Of a stretch of DNA of 64,000 bases, positions 1 through 9,836 are shown in pieces. The DNA is from Candidatus Levybacteria bacterium RIFCSPHIGHO2_01_FULL_41_15 (GTDB taxonomy: Bacteria; Patescibacteriota; Microgenomatia; Levybacterales; UBA12049): contig MFNV01000002.1 of assembly GCA_001782165.1 (NCBI GenBank), positions 15,747 through 79,746 of the forward strand. The letters are read 5' to 3'. Below the pieces are notes generated by a model. That model searched no databases, had not been told where the DNA came from, and worked only from the letters and a program-made list of their open reading frames with translations. The first letter of the stretch is position 1, and each line of letters begins with the position of its first letter. The translations under genes were made by a program, and so were the position numbers.

Positions 1-15
1 TGACAGTTTTCAAAG

Positions 16-98
16 TGGGCGAGGAGAGATTCGAACTCTCAAGACCTTGCGGTCAATAGTTTTTGAGACTATCGCGTATACCGTTCCGCCACCCGCCC
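16..98 (-). tRNA. tRNA-Leu(CAA)
   Basis: Minus-strand cloverleaf: acceptor GGGCGGG/CUCGCCC (one G-U), anticodon stem AUAGU/ACUAU with loop CUCAAAA (anticodon CAA), long variable arm UGACCGCAAGGUC, T-arm GAGAG-UUCGAAU-CUCUC; CCA not encoded. Confidence 0.85.
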
Positions 99-105
99 CG
101 AAAAA

Positions 106-174
106 AGTCAAAACTCAAATTCAAAATTAAAAACAATTCAGCAATTTAGCAATTCGATTACTTTTGAGTTTTGA
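106..174. repeat. 13-bp perfect inverted repeat (gtcaaaactcaaa / tttgagttttgac) in the divergent region between tRNA-Leu and the first CDS
   Basis: Seen directly; part of a larger AT-rich imperfect palindrome (aattcaaa / tttgaatt motifs) that reappears in other intergenic regions. Confidence 0.5.
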
Positions 175-260
175 CCTTTGAATTTTGAGCTTATATATTA
201 TATACTTTCCCTTATGATACATTCAACTCCGTTGCGTATCATGGTGAGGGAACTCGAACC

Positions 261-1262
261 ATGACACTTCAAGAAATTTATGATTTGGCAATTGGGATGG
301 GGATTAAGACAGATCCCAGAGGAGCAAATGGTGTTAAAAGATTTTTGGAAAGAACAAAAAAAGATTATGAGGAATTGCCCGCCAAGAAAAAGGAGTTTTT
401 CGATAGAGAATCTTTGAAGAATCCTTACTCCGATTCCCGAATTTTATACGGTGACCCTAGGACTCAAGTAAAAAAACTTATGGCAGGAATAGATGCCGGA
501 GTCGCAGAAGTTCTTCTTTTGGATCGCCTAAATCAACCACGATTAGATCGGGGTCAAAAAGGGCATCCTTCGACAGGCTCAGGACAAGGGGGATTTGATC
601 TTCTAATTTCCCATCATCCATCAGGCCATGCGCTTGCTTCTTTGCATGAAGTAATGGATATGCAGATAGATATGTTTGAGGAAGCAGGAGTCCCTGCAAA
701 TGTAGCACATGTACTTTTTCAAGAGAGAATGTCTCAGGTAAAAAGAAGGATAGATCCAAGGAATCATACGCAAGCAACAGATGCAGCAAGGCTGTTAAAT
801 GTTCCGTTTCTTGCCCTCCATACTATTTGGGATAATTTAGGACATCAGTTCATCAAAAAATACTTAGGAGGTAAGAAATTTACTACAGTAGGAGAATTAA
901 TGGATGAGATAAATAAAATTCCTGAATTTGTAGAAGCGACAAAAGGAAAAGCAGGACCAAGCCTTGTTTCGGGGTCTGAAAAAAATAGAACCGGGAAAAT
1001 CTTTGTTTCGTTTACAGGAGGAACAAATGCATCAAAGGAACTTTACGTTGAGTTAGCAAAAGCAGGAGTAGGAACCATTATTGAGATGCATGTGCCTGAA
1101 GACGTAGTTCAAGAGTTGAGGAAATTACATATAAATTTTATTAACACCGGGCATATGGCGTCGGATTCAATCGGAGCAAATATATTCTTGGATGAGCTAG
1201 AAAGAAGAGGAGTAAATGTAATTCCTTGCTCAGGGCTTATAAGAATAAAGAGAAAATCCTAA
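261..1262 (+). CDS. Nif3/YqfO-like (DUF34) dinuclear-metal-centre family protein, tentative
   Basis: 333-aa ORF; HH-containing motif (LLISHHPSGH) and C-terminal NTGHMASDSIG resemble the conserved His clusters of Nif3/YbgI proteins; weak recognition only. Confidence 0.4.
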   Translation: MTLQEIYDLAIGMGIKTDPRGANGVKRFLERTKKDYEELPAKKKEFFDRESLKNPYSDSRILYGDPRTQVKKLMAGIDAGVAEVLLLDRLNQPRLDRGQKGHPSTGSGQGGFDLLISHHPSGHALASLHEVMDMQIDMFEEAGVPANVAHVLFQERMSQVKRRIDPRNHTQATDAARLLNVPFLALHTIWDNLGHQFIKKYLGGKKFTTVGELMDEINKIPEFVEATKGKAGPSLVSGSEKNRTGKIFVSFTGGTNASKELYVELAKAGVGTIIEMHVPEDVVQELRKLHINFINTGHMASDSIGANIFLDELERRGVNVIPCSGLIRIKRKS

Positions 1263-1388
1263 ATTCAAAATCCTAAGTTCCAAATAATATCTAAATTCAA
1301 ATAATCAAAATCCTAAACATTTGAAATTGGAATTTTGAATTTGTAATTTATTTAGAATTTGGAATTTTTAAATTAGAATTTAAATGTT

Positions 1389-1988
1389 ATGATTTCTGTT
1401 ACAGAACTTCGGGCCGGTATTGTTTTTGAAGAAAAAGGACAAATTTATCAAGTCCTTTCTTATGAACATATCAAAATGGGCCGGGGAAGCGCCAATATTA
1501 AAGTAAAAGTTAAAAATCTTCTCTCGGGCGCAACTATCAACAAAAGCTTTATAAGCGGCGCCCGTGTAAACAACATAGATCTTATTAAAAAAGATCTGCA
1601 ATTTTTATATAAAGACCCTTCAGCAAGGGCTTCGACTGAGCTCAGCCGAATGTCCTCAGGGCAAGGCTTGGCTTATTTTATGGACCCTGGTAATTTTGAG
1701 CAAGTTAGTATTTCTTTAAGCAAGCTCTCCGGCCACGAATTTTTAAAAGAAGGAGATAATTTCTCACTCAGCTTTTATAACAATGAACCTCTTTCCCTGA
1801 ATTTACCTTCCAAGATTAAGTTTAAAGTATTGGAAACAGGTCCGTCTGTTCGCGGAAATACAGCAACGAACGTTTTCAAGGACGCTATTTTGGAAAATGG
1901 AATAAAAACGAAAGTTCCCCTTTTTATTAAGACGGGGGATTCAATAAGTATCGATACCAAAACCGGAGCCTACACCGAGAAAGCCTAA
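1389..1988 (+). CDS. efp: translation elongation factor P
   Basis: N-terminus MISVTELRAGIVFEEKGQIYQVLSYEHIKMGRGSANIKVKVKNLLSG matches the EF-P KOW-like domain; ~25-aa insertion relative to canonical EF-P. Confidence 0.8.
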   Translation: MISVTELRAGIVFEEKGQIYQVLSYEHIKMGRGSANIKVKVKNLLSGATINKSFISGARVNNIDLIKKDLQFLYKDPSARASTELSRMSSGQGLAYFMDPGNFEQVSISLSKLSGHEFLKEGDNFSLSFYNNEPLSLNLPSKIKFKVLETGPSVRGNTATNVFKDAILENGIKTKVPLFIKTGDSISIDTKTGAYTEKA

Positions 1989-1990
1989 TT

Positions 1991-3271
1991 ATGGAAGTTT
2001 TCAAAAAAACCTTAAGGGGCAATGATATTGTCCGCGTCCTTGCGATTCGCTCCTTTTCCTTCATGATGATCTCCGAATTTTTTTCCCAGCTTGCTTTTAA
2101 CATGCAGCATTTTGTTTTGATATTCGTTATATACGAGCTTACCTTATCAAATACAGCAGTTTCAGGAGTAATTCTTTCTTTTACAATACCGGCTATTCTC
2201 TTTTCGCTTATCGGTGGCGTGTATGTTGACAGATGGAACAAAAAAAGAGTCTTATTTATGACAAATTTGCTTCGCGGAGTTTTTCTTATACCCTTTTTTC
2301 TTGCGGATCTTCATGTCGGACTTATTTATGCTTTTACATTTTTAATCGCTGTTGCAACTCAATTTTTTATTCCCGCAGAAGGCGCAATTATTCCGAATTT
2401 GGTTTCAAGAAGCCTTCTTTTTCCTGCCAATGCTGTTTTTTCCTTCGGAATCTATATAACTACACTTCTTGGCTATATTCTCTCAGGGCCCGTCATTCTT
2501 CTTCTGGGAAAGACTAATACTTTTATTTTTCTGTCAGCGCTCTTTTTTATAAGCGCTTTCCTCATACTTCCTATGAGGATCCATAGGAACAGAAAGATAA
2601 CCTTCTTTAGATCAAATAAGGTTCCCTCGTTTGCCTCAGAAACTAGAGAAGTCCTTCTTTTTATAAGAAAAACCCGAAAAGTTATGTACGCCCTTATGAT
2701 GCTTACTATTGCACAGGCGGTTATCTTTATGTTTGCTGTTCTTGCTCCGGGATACGCAACAACTATTCTTAAAATTCAACTTGAAAGTCTGTCCTGGATT
2801 CTTATTGCCCCTGCTGCAGTAGGTATGGGGATTGGTGCTTTTATCTTAGGAAGTATCGGGAAAAGATTTAATAGAAGGTGGCTTTCAAGTCTGGGTTTTA
2901 TGATCGCAGGCGTTTCTTTTATTTTCTTCCCCTTTGTAAAAAATGCGGTATCGGACGGATTTATTAATAGCATATTAGGATTTTTTCCTTTTGAAATTAC
3001 CATGCTTCATATTGTGGTAGTCATGGCTTCTGTTATGGGTTTTGCTATTTCCCTGGTCTTTGTTCCTTCAAATACCACAATTCAACTTGAAACAAATGAA
3101 TCAATGAGAGGGAGAATCTATGGATTTTTAAATGCGCTGATTGGAGCCGTTTCTTTTCTTCCTGTAATTTTAGCGGGAGGACTTGCGGATCTTTTGGGAG
3201 TCGCCACAGTTATAATAGGATTTGGTATCATAATGCTTATCCTGGGTTTTATTTTCTGGGCATTTGACTGA
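1991..3271 (+). CDS. multi-pass membrane transporter (MFS-like)
   Basis: 426 aa, ~12 predicted hydrophobic helices; no specific motif recognised. Confidence 0.45.
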   Translation: MEVFKKTLRGNDIVRVLAIRSFSFMMISEFFSQLAFNMQHFVLIFVIYELTLSNTAVSGVILSFTIPAILFSLIGGVYVDRWNKKRVLFMTNLLRGVFLIPFFLADLHVGLIYAFTFLIAVATQFFIPAEGAIIPNLVSRSLLFPANAVFSFGIYITTLLGYILSGPVILLLGKTNTFIFLSALFFISAFLILPMRIHRNRKITFFRSNKVPSFASETREVLLFIRKTRKVMYALMMLTIAQAVIFMFAVLAPGYATTILKIQLESLSWILIAPAAVGMGIGAFILGSIGKRFNRRWLSSLGFMIAGVSFIFFPFVKNAVSDGFINSILGFFPFEITMLHIVVVMASVMGFAISLVFVPSNTTIQLETNESMRGRIYGFLNALIGAVSFLPVILAGGLADLLGVATVIIGFGIIMLILGFIFWAFD

Positions 3272-3273
3272 CT

Positions 3274-3969
3274 ATGAATTTTTTTCTAATTTTTATTGCA
3301 ATTTGCCTTTTTATAAGTTTATTTGTTATTTACTATCTTTCGCGTGATGATCTGATTTTTCTTAGAAAGGATCTTTCAACGGAAAAGATTTTTAACATAG
3401 CTTTTTTAGCTTTTTTTGCGGGGCTTTTTTTCTCAAGACTTTTCTATGCGGCTTTTTATTCTCTCAAAATGTTTACGAATCCTCTGGTGTTTTTTTTATT
3501 CCCTTATTTTCCCGGACTTGTATTTTCAGGCGGTATAGTCGGAGGATCTTTGTTTCTGGTCTTTTATTCCCGCCTTAAAAACCTTCCCCTAGGCAGGATT
3601 TTTGATTATTTTTCAATAAGCACACTCTGTTCTCTTCCCATAGGATACTTGGGATATTTCATTTTATCGGGGAAAACTCTTATGTCTTTTGTTCCCGTTT
3701 TCATTGTTTTAAGCTACGTTGTTCTTGTTTATGTTTTTTTTAAGTTTTTGTATAGGTATATTCAGAAGGGAGTCATAAAGGACGGAAGTGCGGGTCTTAT
3801 TTTTCTTGTCTTATTTTCCTCAGTTTCTCTTATTGCAAATATCTTTTTGAGTTTTAAGAATATGATTTTTTTGAAAGATCCAAATAATTTTCTCTTAAGT
3901 TTAACGCTGTTGGTTTCGCTCGTTTTGTTTATCAGGCAGGAGAGAATCATAAGGTTTGCGAGAAGATGA
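3274..3969 (+). CDS. integral membrane protein (possibly Lgt-like; SGGIVGGSLF motif)
   Basis: 231 aa, multiple TM helices; GG-x-x-GG motif is reminiscent of the prolipoprotein diacylglyceryl transferase signature, but similarity is weak. Confidence 0.3.
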   Translation: MNFFLIFIAICLFISLFVIYYLSRDDLIFLRKDLSTEKIFNIAFLAFFAGLFFSRLFYAAFYSLKMFTNPLVFFLFPYFPGLVFSGGIVGGSLFLVFYSRLKNLPLGRIFDYFSISTLCSLPIGYLGYFILSGKTLMSFVPVFIVLSYVVLVYVFFKFLYRYIQKGVIKDGSAGLIFLVLFSSVSLIANIFLSFKNMIFLKDPNNFLLSLTLLVSLVLFIRQERIIRFARR

Positions 3970-4751
3970 ATATAAAAATAATCTATGAGGATGAGGATAT
4001 TTTGGTTATTGATAAACCCTCAGGAATTACAGTAAATAGGGCAGATACAGAAAAAGAGGAAACAATACAGGATTGGGCAGAACATTATCTTAAAATCACA
4101 AATCCCAAATTACAAACTCCAAGTAAATTACAAGATTCAAACAATAAAAAAAAATTGGAATTTGGTGCTTTGGATTTGGAATTTGCCATAAGGGCGGGGG
4201 TGGTGCATAGGCTGGATAAGGAAACTTCAGGGCTTTTGCTTATTGCAAAAAATCCGAAGTCTTTTTTGGCTCTTCAGAAACAATTTAAACAAAGGAAAGT
4301 TGAAAAAGTATACCTGGCTCTTGTTCATGGGGAAGTGAGGCCGGATAGAGGAGAGATAAATGTGCCGGTTGGAAGACTTCCTTACAACAGAACAAGATTC
4401 GGAATAGTCGTAGGAGGCAGAGACTCTGTAACAAGTTACAGAGTAATTTCCAATTTCCAATTTCCAATTTCCAATGAAAGATTCACACTTCTTGAACTCT
4501 ATCCCAAGACTGGGAGGACACATCAGATAAGAGTTCACCTAAAATACATTAATCATCCGGTTTTTTCGGATCCTCTCTATGCCGGCAGAAAAACAGCAAG
4601 AAAAGATCGCCAAATTCTCCCCCGTCTTTTTCTCCACGCTTCAAAAATCTCTTTTCAACATCCTAAAACAAACAAGATAATTTTTCTTGAAAGCCCGCTC
4701 CCACAGGAACTAGTTAATTTTTTATCGACTCCTTCCGAGGTGTCAATATAA
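3966..4751 (+). CDS. RluA-family 23S rRNA pseudouridine synthase
   Basis: Catalytic motif HRLDKETSGLLLIAKN and conserved RluA/RluD core; 4-nt overlap with the upstream ORF. Confidence 0.85.
   Translation: MNIKIIYEDEDILVIDKPSGITVNRADTEKEETIQDWAEHYLKITNPKLQTPSKLQDSNNKKKLEFGALDLEFAIRAGVVHRLDKETSGLLLIAKNPKSFLALQKQFKQRKVEKVYLALVHGEVRPDRGEINVPVGRLPYNRTRFGIVVGGRDSVTSYRVISNFQFPISNERFTLLELYPKTGRTHQIRVHLKYINHPVFSDPLYAGRKTARKDRQILPRLFLHASKISFQHPKTNKIIFLESPLPQELVNFLSTPSEVSI
4447..4474 (+). repeat. 4 perfect tandem copies of heptamer tttccaa inside the rluA-family CDS (encodes ISNFQFPISNE)
   Basis: Seen directly; unit length is not a multiple of 3, so any copy-number change shifts the reading frame. Confidence 0.8.
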
Positions 4752-4770
4752 ATCCACCTCCCAGGTGGGA
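4733..4770 (-). repeat. REP-like palindromic element, inverted copy of the repeats flanking the RAYT gene at 19.2-19.9 kb
   Basis: Its reverse complement reads tcccacctgggaggtggatttatattgacacctcgg; the copies at 19197 and 19927 read ccacctgggaggtggattgctattgacacctaggg and cacctgggaggtggattcatagcggcacctagggg; overlaps the stop codon of the rluA-family gene. Confidence 0.65.
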
Positions 4771-5760
4771 CTATTTAAGAGCAATTTGACTTTGAAGATA
4801 AAGATTTATATAATTCCGAAATGAGTTGCGAACAATATCAAGAGGGGTTAGAAAGGCTACAGACCAAAGTCCTGCGGGAAGATTCAAGAGATTATGAAAT
4901 GGCCGGGGGTTTAGCCCGTCAACTAAGACGGGAATGTGATCAGGGAGCAGGAGACCGTTCCAACGGTCGTTTATTAGAGCATAAAGGATTGGCATACAGA
5001 TTCCTTAGTAGAAACGGAATACAAGTTAGTCCACCTGAAGCCCCCAGACTAAAAAGATAAAGGGTTGATTTTTAAAACCAGCTGTCTGGTGATTTAAAAA
5101 AGTTTTTTGAGTTGCTAAGCTCTTAAATACACTTCAAAGCTCAACTCCACTTGCCTTTTAGATACTTTTATATGATAATCTGCCATATGAAAAACGAAAG
5201 AGGGGGAATGGGGAACGAATCCTACATGAGGTATCCTAGAGAAAACCCTAGGAAGAGAGGTCATAGAGCAGAATTTAGGGTTGGCCTTGCTCTGAGTATT
5301 CTGATGGAGAGAGAACTAATTGCAGGTTTTACAACATTCTTTCGTGGATCAGAGCCAGATAAAGCAGGAAGAGATTTTTACCAACGAAGGTGATTCTTTT
5401 TATCTTCAGGTTAAATCTGGAAAAGCGAATATACGTAAATTTAAAAGAGCCCATCCCGACATCCCAATACTTATTCCCGATCTGGATGCGCCAAACGAAG
5501 AAATAGTAGAGAAAATTTTGAACATTTTAATTTCTAGGAACGAACATTCTGTAGTTGATTTTTAAAGCCAGAAGCTGCTAGTATTTTTATATATTGTATT
5601 TTTGACAAAGTCGGTGATTTAGATGGGACGATTTGGAGGATTTTATAAAGGAGAAAAGAAAAAGAAAAAGAAGGAATCTTCAAAATTCATTTCCGGCTTT
5701 TCGTCCTCTCCCACATTTGTTATGCCCGAAATAGTCTCCAAAAAGAAAAAGGACTAATAA

Positions 5761-6549
5761 ATGAGGAGAAAAAAGAATTCATCCCACAGAACTCTTCCTG
5801 CAATTATATTTTTTGCCCTAATAATAGGGGCAATTATTTTATCCTTTGTTTTTAAGGCTTTTTTAGTAATCAAAGACAGTAGGTTTGAAAGAGGAAGCAG
5901 ATTTACGGTTTTTATAACGGACCTGAAACAGGGAGAATTAATTTCATTTGTAAGAGAGAATCATTCTGTCTCAATTCTTAAAGTAAAAGGCGTGACAGGA
6001 AACCCTTACAGATATTTTGAGATTCCCATAGACGCAGGTATCCAAGTAAAGAATCTTGATTTGAATAAAACCGTATCCGAAATAACCTCTGACATCATTT
6101 TTAAAAAAACCACGAAAAAAAGTCTAAATCTTGTAGATCTTTTAAAAATGTTCTTATTTTCAAAAACCGTAAGTCCCCAAAATATCCTTGTCAGGGAAAT
6201 TTCCCCCAAGATAGACAAGTCATCACTTGAGAAAATTTTAAATCTTCTTTTCCAAGATTCTGAAATTACCTCGGAAAGGCCCACGATAGAAGTTGTAAAT
6301 GCGACACAGGAACAGGGAGTGGGGGAAAGACATGCCCGTCTTGTGACAAATATGGGCGGAAATGTTGTCCTTGTTTCAACAGGAGAAAGATCAAAAGAAT
6401 CAGGTATTTATTACGAAGGTAAAAAAAATTATACTATAGAAAAGCTTTCGGATGTGCTAAAATTTACTTTGAGAAAGAAGAAGGTCAGTAAAATTGCTGA
6501 CATAACTTTAGTAATAGGCGAGGATTACAAAATAAGTTCTCCTTATTAA
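5761..6549 (+). CDS. membrane-anchored protein with LytR_C-like C-terminal domain
   Basis: N-terminal TM anchor; C-terminal IEVVNATQEQGVGERHARLVTNMGGNVV resembles the LytR C-terminal domain. Confidence 0.45.
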   Translation: MRRKKNSSHRTLPAIIFFALIIGAIILSFVFKAFLVIKDSRFERGSRFTVFITDLKQGELISFVRENHSVSILKVKGVTGNPYRYFEIPIDAGIQVKNLDLNKTVSEITSDIIFKKTTKKSLNLVDLLKMFLFSKTVSPQNILVREISPKIDKSSLEKILNLLFQDSEITSERPTIEVVNATQEQGVGERHARLVTNMGGNVVLVSTGERSKESGIYYEGKKNYTIEKLSDVLKFTLRKKKVSKIADITLVIGEDYKISSPY

Positions 6550-6691
6550 GGATGTTTTTTTGGGTTTTAATAATTATTTTTATACTCTCATTGATCTGGG
6601 CGATTTTTTCATTAAGATCCCAAACAGGTAAAAGGGAGATCAAAAAAGCGGCGGAGGATCTTAAGAAAGGAAGAATAGTGTTCTTAAGTGA

Positions 6692-7420
6692 TCATTCGTC
6701 TTCGAATGAACCATCCTGATCCTTAAATTTCTTTTCAAAATCCTTTTCAAAACTAAGAGATTTATCAAGCGAGCTTACGAATGAGGGTTGGTCTTTAAGC
6801 TTTGCCGCACGTTTTACCTCTTTTATAAAAATTATCACATGTTTTTCAAAGGAAGATTTAACATAGGCTTCATATTTATTCCCTGCCTTTGTAAATTTTA
6901 TAAGCCTTTTTCCAATATTGTCGGGAAGAACTCCTATATATTTTTTCTCCTCGGTAAGTATAAAAATTTTTGATCTTTTCACAACAAGCTCTAGAAGCTG
7001 TCCAGTTCTTAAGTTATTGATAACAAAAGGCTGAGCAACATTTACCAGCTCAACTACTTTAGTTTTACCTTGCTCTTCTATGAAAGTATTTTTTATTTGT
7101 GAGGTAAAGATGGGGGAGACGGAAAGTTTTCCGTCTCCTAATTTCTTAAGATTCCGGAGCGCAAGAGGATTTAAGGAGTCAATTTTAAGGACCTTTTTAT
7201 AGGTAAGACGTGCATCTTTTGTCTTCCCCATAGTGCTTAACGCAAATGCAAGCCGGTTTAGAGCATCAATATCTTGGGGGTCTTGTTTTATAAGAACCTT
7301 ATTGATTTCGATAGCTTTCTGCCAGTTTCCAGAGAGTGCCGTATGAATTGCTTGAGTTTTAAGAGATGCCATCGAAAAAGGTTTAAAATATGACGAAAAG
7401 TTTACTATTGTTTTTTGCAA
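6692..7420 (-). CDS. TPR-repeat protein with uncharacterised C-terminal domain
   Basis: N-terminal TPR-like helices (ALNRLAFALSTMGKTKDARLTYKKVLKIDSLNPLALRNL). Confidence 0.4.
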   Translation of the reverse strand: MQKTIVNFSSYFKPFSMASLKTQAIHTALSGNWQKAIEINKVLIKQDPQDIDALNRLAFALSTMGKTKDARLTYKKVLKIDSLNPLALRNLKKLGDGKLSVSPIFTSQIKNTFIEEQGKTKVVELVNVAQPFVINNLRTGQLLELVVKRSKIFILTEEKKYIGVLPDNIGKRLIKFTKAGNKYEAYVKSSFEKHVIIFIKEVKRAAKLKDQPSFVSSLDKSLSFEKDFEKKFKDQDGSFEDE

Positions 7421-7446
7421 ATGTCAAGATAGAAATATTATAATAA

Positions 7447-7480
7447 TAGCTACTAGCAACTAGTGACTAGTAACTAGTTT
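7447..7480. repeat. array of four ACTAG units at 7-nt spacing (actagca actagtg actagta actagtt) with embedded ACTAGT/AACTAGTT palindromes, immediately upstream of yebC
   Basis: Seen directly; related ACTAGT-centred palindromes occur at 10894, 46112 and 51985. Confidence 0.6.
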
Positions 7481-8203
7481 ATGAGCGGACATTCTAAATG
7501 GTCTCAGATTAAAAGACAGAAAGAAAAAACCGATATAAAAAGAGGACTTACTTTTACCAAACTTGCTAATGCAATTACAATTGCAGTGAGGCAGGGTGGG
7601 GAAATAACGGATCCTTCTCAAAACTTCAGACTCAGACTTGCTATTGATATGGCAAGAGCCTCAAATATGCCAAAAGTGAATATTGATAGGGCAATCCAGA
7701 GGGGAGTTAAAAAGGGGGAAGGGGACATACAGGAAGTTGTCTATGAGGGTTTTGCTCCGGGAGGGGTTTTGTTAATAATAGAGGCTGCGACAGATAATCC
7801 CCAAAGGACAATCTCGGAAATAAAAAGTATTTTTAATAAAGCTGGTGCAAGCTTCGGCCAGCCAGGATCTGTTTCTTATCAATTTGCGCAAATGGGACAG
7901 ATAGTAATTAATAAAAATGGAAAATCGTTTGAGGAGATTTTTGAAATGGCCTTAGATCTTGGAGCAGAGGATATAGGGGAGACAGAGAAAAAAGTTATTG
8001 TTTATACAAAAGTTGAGGATTTATCAAGAGTAAGGGATAATCTCTTGGAAAAAAAATTAAACGTAGAAGATGCGCGTCTCATAAGAAAGCCTAATGTTCA
8101 AGTTGAGGTTGGAGGAGAACAATTAGGTAAGATAAAAAATTTCCTAGAAACAATAAATAGCTTAGATGATGTACAAAAAGTTTATTCTAATTTAAAACAA
8201 TAG
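7481..8203 (+). CDS. yebC: YebC/PmpR-family DNA-binding regulator
   Basis: N-terminus MSGHSKWSQIKRQKEKTD and overall 240-aa architecture are characteristic. Confidence 0.9.
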   Translation: MSGHSKWSQIKRQKEKTDIKRGLTFTKLANAITIAVRQGGEITDPSQNFRLRLAIDMARASNMPKVNIDRAIQRGVKKGEGDIQEVVYEGFAPGGVLLIIEAATDNPQRTISEIKSIFNKAGASFGQPGSVSYQFAQMGQIVINKNGKSFEEIFEMALDLGAEDIGETEKKVIVYTKVEDLSRVRDNLLEKKLNVEDARLIRKPNVQVEVGGEQLGKIKNFLETINSLDDVQKVYSNLKQ

Positions 8204-8204
8204 C

Positions 8205-9032
8205 ATGAATTTTAGAAGAAAAGCGAGAATGAAAGGGAATAGAGTGGTAAAGACGCTTGTCAAGCTTACCAAAAGAGAGAAATTTATATTCTCTGTAATA
8301 ATCCTTTCCGTAGGTCTCTTTATTGCCGAACATCTTTTGGGGAAATCGGGAATTTATACGGTTTTTACTCTGGCAGTATTTGCTGACATCTTCTTATTTA
8401 TAGCTTTATATAATGACCTTAAAGAAAATTTTTACTGGCAAGTTTTTATTCTCCCCTTTTTCTTTAGTCTCGCATTTGGTCTTTTCTTCTTTCTTGCCCC
8501 CGCGCGGTATTTAACCCGAATCTTCACGACGTCTCTTTATGCTATTGGTCTTTATTCTCTATATCTTAGTCAAAATATTTTCACTGTTTCATCTATCAGG
8601 ACCATTGCTCTTTTATCATCTGCTCGAACCGTTTCTTTTGTAATAACTATAGTTTCTTATTTCTTCTTATCTAATGTACTTTTTTCCCTTCATCTTAATT
8701 TTTTCCCTTTTATTTCATCCCTTTTTCTTTATACGTTTCCTCTTGTTATCTATTCTGTCTGGATTCATACTCTTGAAAAAAACTTGAACTTAAATCTTCA
8801 CTGGTCCCTGCTTTTAACGCTTCTTTTTCTTGAGGTTGGCGGTATGCTTTGGTTATGGCCAAGCACACCGACTGTTCTTGCTATTTTTTTGACCGGGGTT
8901 TTTTATACTGTAGTAGGTCTTTCTCAAGTTTGGATTGACAGAAGACTGTTTAAGAGTATCATGTGGGAATATATTTGGGTTGCCTGCGTAGTGCTAGTAA
9001 CTTTATTAATTTTTACTTCGTGGCGCGGCTAA
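8205..9032 (+). CDS. hypothetical polytopic membrane protein
   Basis: 275 aa, 7-8 hydrophobic helices. Confidence 0.4.
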   Translation: MNFRRKARMKGNRVVKTLVKLTKREKFIFSVIILSVGLFIAEHLLGKSGIYTVFTLAVFADIFLFIALYNDLKENFYWQVFILPFFFSLAFGLFFFLAPARYLTRIFTTSLYAIGLYSLYLSQNIFTVSSIRTIALLSSARTVSFVITIVSYFFLSNVLFSLHLNFFPFISSLFLYTFPLVIYSVWIHTLEKNLNLNLHWSLLLTLLFLEVGGMLWLWPSTPTVLAIFLTGVFYTVVGLSQVWIDRRLFKSIMWEYIWVACVVLVTLLIFTSWRG

Positions 9033-9836
9033 ATCCAGTATGACTTTTGAAAAAAAGTGGTGCTGGATAAATTTTTACCCCCTAAGACTGGGGAAGAGGG
9101 GAGAAGGTCAACCTCATGGAGGCCCCCAAAGCGTCCCATAATATGATGATACAGTTTGATGCAGATTAAATTATAGGATATTTTTTTCCGAAAATTATTT
9201 GTCAGATTTTGTTTTCATGCTAAACCGATATAAGTTTTCACAGTTTTACCTAGCGATTCTCTTTTTTTGTGTGTTTCTTGCAATAGATTTCAACCCAAAG
9301 GCAAATGAAAAAAAGTCGAACGGCTCCTTCTTTACTCTCTTATGGTGAATAAATAATGTTTGCCAAAACGCACAAATTTGAGGCTGAAAATTGATATTTA
9401 GCTTGATTTTGCAATCTAAATAAGACTCCTATACGAAGACAGGGAGTGAGGAAGATTTTTAAATTAAAATAGAAAGTAAGAGATAAAAGACAAAAACAGT
9501 TCTCTGTGGGAGGAGTACGTACCTTTCTTGTTCTATCTCCCTTTTTTTAGTTCCTCCATAAATAGTTTTTCAGAAAATGGCGAGTAAGGCATGCCGGGAA
9601 GCGAGAACTGATTATGTCGTACAATAATACTTTTACGACGTCTCTCGTGCTTGCTTCTTGGGGGAAGTGGCTTAAACCAGATAAAAAATCAAAGGTTAAA
9701 TATTAAAAATTGTAATATCCTATTGTCCATCCTCTATTTTATATTTACTATTTAATATTTGATATTCCTGTGCGCTCCCCTACTATAGGATTCACCTAGG
9801 AAATTTTTTCTTGACTTTTTTTGTTTAATTGTTAAA

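Noticed and set aside
478-789. Antisense or embedded ORFs from the six-frame track (e.g. 478-789, 1380-1601, 17045-17377, 21184-21456, 47177-47443, 49549-49787, 52203-52538)
   Set aside because: They lie fully inside longer ORFs that carry clear conserved-family signatures, and they have low-complexity composition. Treated as spurious.
4771-5100. tmRNA or RNase P RNA in the GC-rich segment
   Set aside because: I could not find the tmRNA tRNA-like 3' end (GGUUCGA...CCACCA) or the RNase P P4 consensus (AGGAAAGUCCGGGCUCC). Left as an unassigned candidate ncRNA only.
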